DNA of 64,000 nt from the human T2T-CHM13v2.0 reference genome, Homo sapiens: NCBI RefSeq assembly GCF_009914755.1, contig NC_060925.1. One strand, written 5' to 3'. Within the stretch, counting starts at the first letter, position 1. Every line of letters starts with the position of its first letter. Both the position numbers and the translations under genes were made by a program. Below are positions 53,233 through 64,000 of this stretch, one piece after another. Under the pieces are notes generated by a model. The model was not told the origin of the DNA. It saw only the letters and a program-made list of their open reading frames with translations, and did not search any database.

Positions 53233-54289
53233 AAATACAAGACTATTATTAAGCTATATTAACAAAAGTACTATTTTGCTTATCAGAGTTGAGTGAGGTA
53301 GTTTTAACAAGTTAGTTTCTGTGAAACCTTCAACAAGATGAAAGGACTTACAACACTCAGATACAGCTAAGAAAAACTTAAAAATAACTGACAAAAAAGG
53401 AGGCCCAAGAGACTTTACCCATTCATCCTTACCACCGCAAATACTGTCTGACAGCACATCTAGTTTCTCTGATGTTCAGTACGAGAGATTACATATCTGA
53501 AACTGGATTTTTATAGGTAAATACAAGAGTTTCTTGTTATAAAATGGTATCTTAAGAAGTTTACAATACCTAGGTGTTGCTTTCAAGTAGAAACAAAGCC
53601 TCAAAAATTTAACTAACTGCAACCGTATACATTTTACCACTCTCCTACCTCTTACTGTGAAATTTGTAACAACTAAAATACAGGATGCATTTTATTCCCT
53701 TATGGCTGTTTATAGCTTTATGTATATAATAATACTAGGTAAAATGTTAATGGATCCCATGGTTGAATGAAAATAGATTTTGTTATTAACCAAATAAAAT
53801 TTTAGATAAACTATTCTTAATATGTGAACAAACAAGAATAAACTCATTCAATATGCTTTCTTTTGTTTAGTGTATTAGAAATACCTTGATTTCATACATT
53901 TTTACAAGATGGAAAGTAGATGAATTTGATTGAGTTTACCATGCAAAAAAATGCTATTTGTTTGTTAATTTTGTTAGTTCACTAACCAAATTATTTTTCA
54001 TATTGTATAAAGCATAAAAGCTTTCTAGAAAGTTGTAAGGATTTTGCTTCTCATTTACATAATCCTTAGCACATAGAAATTTTAAAATAAATGTTAGTTA
54101 TTATATTCATTGCTATATTAATCTATTTCTTCCACTAATGCTCTGTATCTCATGCACTCCTCCATTTTCAGAAAACATTATTTATATTTTTATTTTCTTA
54201 TTCTCTATTGCTTCCATTTCATTAATATTAGTATTTACTAAGGATCAATTTTTGCAATGAAATGATTGACACATTCCCAACTCAAATGC

Positions 54290-54698
54290 TTGTGACTCCC
54301 CACAGCCCTTCCTGGTGTCATTTTCCTATGTCACATAAAGTTGCTTTGCTCATTTCTAGGATGGCTCGAAAGTGCAAGGGATTTACCCTATTCATGAGAC
54401 TTCTCAATACCAGAGGGAAGAGAGCCCATAGATCAATGTCCAAACTTTCTTCTCCCTCAGTCAGACCATTCTGAGGCATGATCTCCATGATATCTCAGAG
54501 GCCCCCTTGCTGGATGAAGCCCTCATTGCCCACAATGATAATCCACACCTTAACCCACACATTAGTGGTATTTCTCCTTTTCAGATTATACTTTCTTTTT
54601 TTCTAACTAGAAGTTGCTTGAATCCCTATTCAAATATACTATTTGCCCCCCACCTCCTTATTTCTGGCTCAGCTTTTAAGAGGAATCCAGTCTAAAAG
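54290..54698 (+). mobile_element. ERVL LTR16-like fragment
   Basis: 'ccattctgaggcatgatctcc...ttgcccacaatgataa...gcttttaagaggaatccagtctaaa'. Confidence 0.6.
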
Positions 54699-54699
54699 A

Positions 54700-55600
<901 letters not shown>

Positions 55601-56394
55601 TAGTAAAGGTTCTATATATGGTTTATGTGTGTGTGAGGGTGTTTTCACTTTTTTTAGGTTTTATGTTTTTAATTGATATGGAATAATTACAGAATAATTA
55701 TACATATCTATGGAGTACATTGTGATGCCTCACATTAAGTAGATGCTGTCATCATCTGTATAACAACGTTTGCCAGTTCCAGAGTATGAATTGAGAATGT
55801 GGGAAAGAATTTCTTCAGCACATAGTAATGTGATTAGGGTTGTTCTCTTTTTTTTTTTTATAACAGCAGCAATATTGATATAGAGAGATAATACTAAATA
55901 TTATATGTAGATATAATCTCAGGATATTTACTTTCTTTTCTAAAATTTAACTAAACTATGTTGTCTACATTGTAAAATCATATAGTTGGCCATAAATACA
56001 CTTGAAAATGATGGCCTGTGTTTTTCTGGCACCAGTAGAAAAGTATCAAGGGATGAAGACTTGGCCATGCCTAAAAGCCCTAGTTTATTTCTGCATCTCA
56101 GTAATGGTGTTTACTCCTTAAGCATACCACATTGCTGCCTGTTGCTTTGAAAAAGCACAGGTAGTGTGTACATAATAGGCATAATGAAAATATTTAATTT
56201 TTTACTTTCCTATTCTTTCTTACTCCTTTTTAATTTTTTAAGTTTTTTACAAATTTAGGAGGAACATGTAAAAGTTTGTTACATGTATGTAATGAGTAAT
56301 GATTAAGCCAGGACATGTAGGGTTTTCATCCCCTGTGTACAATATATTTTGGTAACTATATTCACCCCACTTTACTATCAAATATCGGTTTTAG

Positions 56395-57265
56395 CCTTTC
56401 TGGCTCTCTGAGTGGCATCATGGTGGTTGGCAAAAACAAGCACCTCACAAAAGGTGGCAAAAAGGAGCCAAGGAGGAAGTGGTTGATTCATTTGCTAAGA
56501 AAAATGGTGTGATGTAAAAGCACCTGCTATGTTCAATATAAGAAATATTGGAAAGACACTAGTCACCAGGGCTCAAGTAAATAAAACTGCATCCGACAGC
56601 ATCAGGGGTCATGTGTTTGAAGTGAATCTTGCTGATCTGCAGAATAATGAAGTTGAATTTGGAAAATTCAAGCTGATTCTTGAAGATGTTCATGTCAAAA
56701 ACTTCCTAACTTCCATGGCATGAATCTTACCCGTGATAAAATGTGTTCCACAGTAAAAAAGGGCAGACCATGATTAAAGTTTCTTTCGATGTGAAGACTA
56801 TTGATGTTAATTTATTTTGTCTGTTTTGTATTGGTTTTACTAAAAAATGCAAAAATTAGTTATAGAGATGTCTTACGCTCTGCACCAATGGGTCCACCAA
56901 ATCCAGAAAAAGGTGATAGAAATCATGACCTGAGAAGTGCAAACAAATGACTTGAAAGAAGTGGCCAGTAAATTGATTTCATACATAATTGGAAACGACA
57001 TAAAAAAAAAAAAACCTTGTCAATCTATTTATCCTCGTCATTATGTCTTTTTTAGAACAGTGAAAATGCTGAGGGAGCCCAAGTTTGAATTGGGAAACTC
57101 ATGGAGTTTCATGGTGAAGGTAGTAGTTCTGAAAAAGCTACTGGGGATGAGATAGTTGGTAAAGTTTAACAAGTTTATGGGTATGAACAACTCTTCCAAC
57201 AATCTGTTTAAAGTTCAGACTTTTAATATTGTAAATAAAAAGTCCCATTTGTGATAAAAACAACA
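56395..57265 (+). pseudogene. RPS3A: Processed pseudogene of 40S ribosomal protein S3a (eS1)
   Basis: Intronless; 5' TOP-like 'cctttctggctctctga'; ATG at 56420 (MVVGKNKHLTKGGK); [17 protein letters not shown]; [11 protein letters not shown]; TAA at 57209; AATAAA at 57234; short A tail; frameshifts and stops. Confidence 0.97.
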
Positions 57266-59024
57266 CATGGACCTTAATTTTTCTATCCAACTGTATGTTC
57301 TTATACCCTTTAACCTACTTCTCTTTAGTCCCCCTTTCTACCCTCAACTCACCCTTCTCAGTCTGTTATCTATTCTGTTATCTATCTTTCCACTCCTTAC
57401 CTCTATGTGATCATTTTTTTAACTCATAAGTGAGAATATGCAATTTTTATTTTTTGTGCCTGGCTTATTTCACTTAGGATGATGACCTCCAGTTCCATCC
57501 ATGTTGCTGCAAATGACATGAATTTGCTCTTTTTTATGGCCAAGTAGCATTTCATTGTGTATATGTACCACATTTTCTTTATCCATTCGTCTGTTGATAG
57601 ACACTCAGGTTGCTTGTGTATCTGGTATTTTGAGTAGTGCTGCAATAAACATGTGAGTGCAGGCATCGCTTTGATTTATTAGTTTATTTTCCTTTGGGTT
57701 GATACCTAGTAGTGGCATTGCTGTATCAAATGGTAATTCTAGGTTTAGAATTCAAGAAAATTCCCTACTATTCTTCATAGTGACTGTACTGGTTTACATT
57801 CCCACCAATGGTGTTTGAGAATTCCCTTTTCTCCATACTCTCACCATCATCTGTTATTTTTTGGTCTTTTTAGATGCCTAATAGACATTCTGGCTGGGAT
57901 AAAAGGATATCTCATTTTGTTTTTCATTTGCATTTCTCTGATGATTAGTGATGTGAAGCTTTTTTTTGTATACCTGTTGATCATTTGCATGTCTTCTTTT
58001 CAGAAATGTCTATTCATGTCCTCTGCACACTTTTTAACAGGATTGGGGTTGTTTTTTGTAATTTATTGAGATGTTTGAGTTCCTCAAATATAAATATTAG
58101 CCCCCTGTCAGACTAATAGTGTGCAGATATTTTCTCACATTCAACATATAGTTTTTTCACTCTCGGTTATTTATTTTGCTTTGCAGAACCTATTTAGTTT
58201 AATTAAGTCCTTTCTATTTGTCTGTTTTTGTTTTTGTTGCCTGTGCTTTTGAGGTCTTAGTAATAAATCCTTTGCCTAGATCAATGTCCGGAAGAGTTTT
58301 GCTTTAGTTGTCTACTAGTATTTTTATACTTTCAGGTCTTATATTTAAATCTTTAATTTATTTTGAGTTAATGTCTATACGATGAGAGATAAGAGTTCAG
58401 TTTTATTCTTCTGTAGCCAATTTTCTTAGCACATTTACTGAAGAGAGTATATTTTCCCCAGTGTAAGTTCTTGTCAGATTTGTCAAAGATTAGTTGGCTG
58501 TAAATATGTGGCCTTATTTCAGGGTTCTCTATACTGTTCCATTGGTCTATGTATCTATTATTATACAAATACTATGCTGCTTTGGTTACTATGGCCTTGT
58601 AATATATTTTGAAGTTAGGTAATATGATGCCTCCAGATTTGTCCATTTTGCTCAGGAATGCTTTGGTTATTTGGGCTCTTTTTTGTTTTGCTTTGTTTTA
58701 TATTAGTTCTAGATTTTTTTTATCTTTGTGTAAAATAATGAGAGCATTTTTATAGAGATTGAATTAAATCTGTAGATTGCTTTGAGAAATATGACCATTT
58801 TAGTGACATTAATTCTGCTCCATGACCATAAGATGCTTTTCTATTTTTTTGGTGTTCCCTTCAATTCCTTTAATCAGCATTTTGTTTATTTTCCTAATAA
58901 AGCTATTTTTACCTCCTTTGTTAATTTTATTGCTAGGAATATTTTTGGCAGCTTTTATAAATGAGATTAGCTTATTGATTCTTTCAGCTACATTATTACT
59001 AACGTATAGAAATGTTACTGATCT

Positions 59025-59263
59025 AGCCGATGAGGTGGCTCATAACTGTAATCCCAGCACTTCGGGAGGCTGAGGTGGGCAGATCACTTGAGGTCAACAT
59101 GGTGAAACCACATCTCTACTAAAATAAAAATGCAAAATCAGCCCGGTGTAGTATCACGTGCCTGTGATACCACCTACTCAGGAGGCTGAGGGAGGAGAAC
59201 AATTTGAACCCAGGAGACGGAGGTTGCAGTGAGCTGCAATGCTAAGATTGTGTGCTTGCAAGT
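59025..59263 (+). mobile_element. Diverged Alu with internal and 3' deletions
   Basis: 'agccgatgaggtggctcataactgtaatcccagcac...gaggttgcagtgagc'; TSD-like aaatgttactg and aaatgctattg enclose the Alu plus the purine tract. Confidence 0.9.
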
Positions 59264-59431
59264 AAGAGAAGGGAAGGGAAGGGAAGGGGAAGGGGAAGGG
59301 AAGGGGAAGGGGAAGGGAAAAGAGAAGAGAAGAGAAGGGAAGGGGAAGGGGAAGGGAAAAGAGAAGAGAAGGGAAGAGAAGGGAAGAGAAGAGAAGAAAG
59401 AAAGAGAAAGAAAGAAAGAAAAGGAAAGAAA

Positions 59432-59500
<69 letters not shown>

Positions 59501-59520
59501 AAAGAAAGAAAGAAAGAAAA
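59264..59520. repeat. 257-bp homopurine compound microsatellite (GGGAAG)n/(GAAAA)n/(GAAA)n
   Basis: No pyrimidine on the + strand across the tract; occupies the Alu tail position. Confidence 0.95.
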
Positions 59521-59581
59521 TGCTATTGGCTTTTGTAGGTTGACTTTCTATCCTGCAACTTTACTGAATTCATTAATCTAA

Positions 59582-60028
<447 letters not shown>

Positions 60029-60570
60029 TAGGACTTTAAGTGCTTTGCTGAATACGAATGCTGAAAGTGGCCATCCTTGTCTTGTTCTAGTTCTTAGACG
60101 AAAGGCTTTTGACATTTCCCCATTTCATATGATGTTAGCTGTTGGTTTGATATACATGGCTTTTATTATTTTGAAGTATTTTTCCTTCTAGGCATAGTTT
60201 GTTGAGAGGTTTTGTCATGAAGGTATGCTGAATTTTGTCAAATGCTTTTTCTGCATCTATTGAGATGATCATATGGTCTTTTTCCTTCATTCTGTTGACA
60301 TAATATTGATTTGTGTATGTTGTACCATCCTTGCATCCCTACCCATAAATCCTATGTCATTATGGTTTATTATCTTTTTCATGTGCGGTTGGATTTATTT
60401 AGCTAGTATTTTATTGGTGTTTTTTTAGTCTATTTTCATCAGGAATATTGACCTATATTTCGTTCTTTGTTGAGTCCTTGTCTGGTTTTGGTATCAGGGT
60501 AATGCCAGTCTCACAGAATTAGTTAGGAAGAATTTCCTCCTCTTTAAATTTTTTTGAAATAAAGATCCTC

Positions 60571-60605
60571 TTTTTTTGTTGTTGTTGTTGTTGTTGTTGT
60601 TTGTT
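60571..60605. repeat. (GTT)n microsatellite within L1
   Basis: T run followed by GTT repeats, read directly. Confidence 0.85.
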
Positions 60606-63600
60606 CCTTTCAAGAGGATTGGTATTAGTTCTTTGTACATTTGGTAGAATTATTATTGGGAGACATTTTATTACAGATTCAAACTTGCTATTTATTGGTC
60701 TGTTCAGGATTTCTACTTCTTCCTAATTCAATCTTGGTAGATCTTATATTTTCTGTAATTTATCCATTTTCTCTAGGTTTTTCAGTTTATCAGTGTATAG
60801 TTGTTTATAGCTGTCTCTTATGACCTTTTCTAGTTCTGTGGTATCAGTTGCAATGTCTCCATTTTCATTTCTGATTTTATTTATGTCTTCTCTCTTCTTG
60901 GTTAGTCAAGCTAGTGATTAATCAAGTTTAGTTCACCTTTCTGAAGAACCAATTTTCTATTTTGTTGATCCGTTGTAATTTTTTAGTGTCTGTTTCATTT
61001 AGTTCTGTTCTGATTTTTATTGTTATTTTCTTCAGCTAATTTTAGGTTTGGTTTGTCCTTTCTTTTCTCATTCCTTAAAGTACATTGTTAGTCTGTTAAT
61101 TTGTAATTTTTCTACTTTTTTAATGTTTCAAACTTTTCTCTTAGCACTCCTGTTGCTGTATCACATAGGTTTTGCTATGTTGTGTTTTCATTTTCCTTTG
61201 TTTCAATAAATTTTTTACGTTTCCTTCTTAATTTCTTTGTTAGCCCAGTGGTCATTTGGATGTATGTTTTTTAACTTCCATGTATTTGTATAATTTTCAA
61301 GATTCCTTTTGGTTGTGATTTCTAGTTTTATTTCATTGTGGACTCAGAATATAGTTGATATGATTTTGAATTTGTCGAGACTTTTTTGGAATCTAACATA
61401 TGGTCTATCCTGGAAAATGTTCCATGTTCTGATGAAAATAATATACATTCTCAATTGTTGTATAGAGTGTTCTGTAAATGTCTGTTAGGTCCATTTAGTC
61501 TCTAGCTCAGTATAGAGTCAATATTTCTTCATTGATTTTCTATCTAGATGATCTATGTAATGGTGAGAGTGGGCTGTTAAATTCTCCCACCATTACTAGA
61601 TTGCAGCGTATCTCTTTCCATAGATCTCATAATCGTTGCTGTATGAATCTGAATGCTAAGGTTCTGGGGACATATATAATTGTTATATCTTAGAACTATA
61701 TCTCTTTATTATTATATAGTGACATTTTTTGTCTTTTTGATACTGTTTTGATTTAAAGAGTGTTTTATCTGATATAAGTACAGCTACTTCTGCTTGCTTT
61801 TGTTTTATATTTGAATGGAATATTGTTTTCTATCCCTTTAATTTTAGTCTGCATGTATCTTTACTGATAAGGTTCATTTCTTATAAGTAGCCCATAGTTG
61901 GATCATTTTTTTATCCTTTCAGCAATTATTTCCTTTAAGTGAATAATTTAATTCATTTGCATTCAAGGTCATTATTTGTATCTGGGGTTTTGTTGCTGTA
62001 ATATTGTTAATTATTTTCTGATTGTTTTATATATTATTTATTTATTTTTCTTCTATTGTTTCTCATTTTGGTTTGGTGGATTTCTGTAATGAGTCATTTC
62101 TCTTCCTTTCTGTGTGATTACTTTATCAGTGAGTTTTATACTTTCATGTTTGTTCATGATGGTAAATGTTATCCTTTAACTTATAGGTTTAAGACCCCCT
62201 TAGATATTTCTTTTAAGACCTGTCAAAATGGTAACAAGTTCCCTCAGCATTTGCTTGTCTGGAAAATATTTTATTATCTTTCATTTATGAAGGATAATAT
62301 TGCTGGATGTACCCTTCTTCATTGGAAGTTTGTTTGTTTTTTTTCGGTACTTTTAATATATAATTCCATTCTCTTCTGGCCTGTAAAGTTGCTGCTGAGA
62401 GATTTGATATTAGTCTCACGGAAGTGACTCAACATCTTTGTCTTTCTGTTTTTAGTATTTGCTCTTTGTCTTTGACTTCATACAACTGCTTATAATGTTC
62501 CATGGAGAAGAAATTTTTGCATTGTATCTGCTTGGGGATCACTGAGCCATTTTCATGTATTATTTTATTCAATAAGTTTTCTATTTTTTTGTTACCTCTA
62601 TGCCTTTGGTGATTCTGATAATTTTAATATTCAATTGCTTTATGCTGTCTTAAATATCATAGAGGCTTTGCTCATTCTTTTATATTATATTTTCTTTATT
62701 TTTGTCTCACTGGGTTCTATCAAAAGACCTGTCTTCAAGTTCTGAGATTCTTTTTTCTGCTTAATCAAGTCTATTATTGAAACTTTCAAATGTAAATGTA
62801 ATTTGTATTTCCTTTAATAAAGTCTTCATATCCAGAATTTTTATTTGATTATTATAAAAACATATTCTAAATATATATTCTAAAAATGTATACTATTTTT
62901 GAAAAAATATGTCTTTGGTAAGTTTCTCATTTATATCCTGATTTTTTAAATATTTTATCTGTATTTTATAGAATTCTCTTTATCTAACTAAGTTTCTTTA
63001 CAGATAATGTTTTAAATTCTTTATCTATTATTTTGAGAATTTCCATTTGGCTAAGATTTATAGTTGGATAATTACTGTGTCCCTTTGGAAGTGTCATATT
63101 TCCTTTTTTCATGAGTCTTGTGTCCTCACATTGATATCTGCACATCTGGTGTAACAGTCACTTCTTCCTATTTTTAAATTTAGGAGACTTTTTCCTGAAA
63201 ATGTATCTATAATGTGGGTTGAATAGGGCATTTAGCTATGATTCGGGATACTTGCAGTAGTGTAGTCTCTATGATTTCTTTGACTGTAAACAATTTTCAT
63301 AATGTTTGTGATTTCCTCAGTGGCTTGGGGTAAACTTATTAGTGAAGATTATGGCAAAGTCGTGCTGGGGACTAGAATGCCAGAAGTGCCAATATTCAAA
63401 GACTAGTGATTGCACCTGTGGGTTTAGCATGCCTATTTTTGTGCCGCAGGGCAATATACATTGGCATCTGTGTTGGTAGCTATCAGCGAGCCAATTCTTG
63501 GGCTTTCAGATTGTTTGCTTGGATGGTGGTTGTGGCAGAGATGGACTGAGTGGATGGGTGGGTTATAGGTCCCTAAGCAGCCAGAGTGGTAGAGGAGATA

Positions 63601-64000
63601 GTGGTAGCAGTGGCAAGACAAGTCTCTGAGTCCCAAGTGGTGTGCATTGGTGGTGGAGGTGGCTGTGATGGTCTGGGCAGCCCAGTCTTCAGGCTTGCAG
63701 ATGGTGCTTGCAGATAGGTGCCAGCTGTGTTGGTAGCAACCAGATGTTTAGATTTAATCTCAGGCCCTCTGGAGGAGTTTTCAGATGCTGCAGTGGTGGA
63801 TTAAATTGGGCAATTCCCAAAACCCTGGCTATGTGATCTGTCTTGGAATGATGGGTAAAAGCCAAGTGGGAGGGCTTGTGCTCAGGCCCAGCCAATGATG
63901 AGAGAAGGCACCAGTCATGATGGGTGGGGGCAGAGTGCTCCAAGTAGAGTGCTCAAGTAAAGAGTGGTTGCGGCTGTGCTGAGACCCTGCCACTGGAGTG

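Noticed and set aside
59229-59581. Lys/Glu/Arg-rich ORFs
   Set aside because: They are translations of the GA microsatellite.

Overview
This is AT-rich, repeat-dense primate DNA (hominoid-like, with AluY and L1PA2/3 present), either intergenic or intronic. I find no credible intact protein-coding gene: the ORFs I can assign come from decayed retroelements, a dead hAT transposase, a processed pseudogene or simple repeats, and the rest are short chance-like ORFs. The main contents are a degenerate class I ERV provirus (about 27.5-34.75 kb; His-type PBS, gag almost entirely deleted, pro/pol/env decayed), a near full-length Charlie3/MER1-family hAT transposon with a perfect 8-bp TSD, a full-length RPS3A processed pseudogene nested in a long old L1MA, a MER50-like solo LTR, a MER44/Tigger7 element, and many L1, Alu, L2 and MIR pieces. 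I found no new biological system in the sense of a gene cassette. The most unusual signals are DNA-repair and retrotransposition scars. (i) A multi-junction template-switch rearrangement at 27.08-27.53 kb contains a 74-bp perfect copy of provirus-internal sequence. (ii) A young L1 inside the ERV integrase has both a fold-back hairpin 5' end and a short 3' transduction. (iii) There are several local templated duplications or captures, and a retrocopied polyadenylated LTR R-region. Family names are from recalled consensus sequences, not database searches; boundaries of old elements are approximate.
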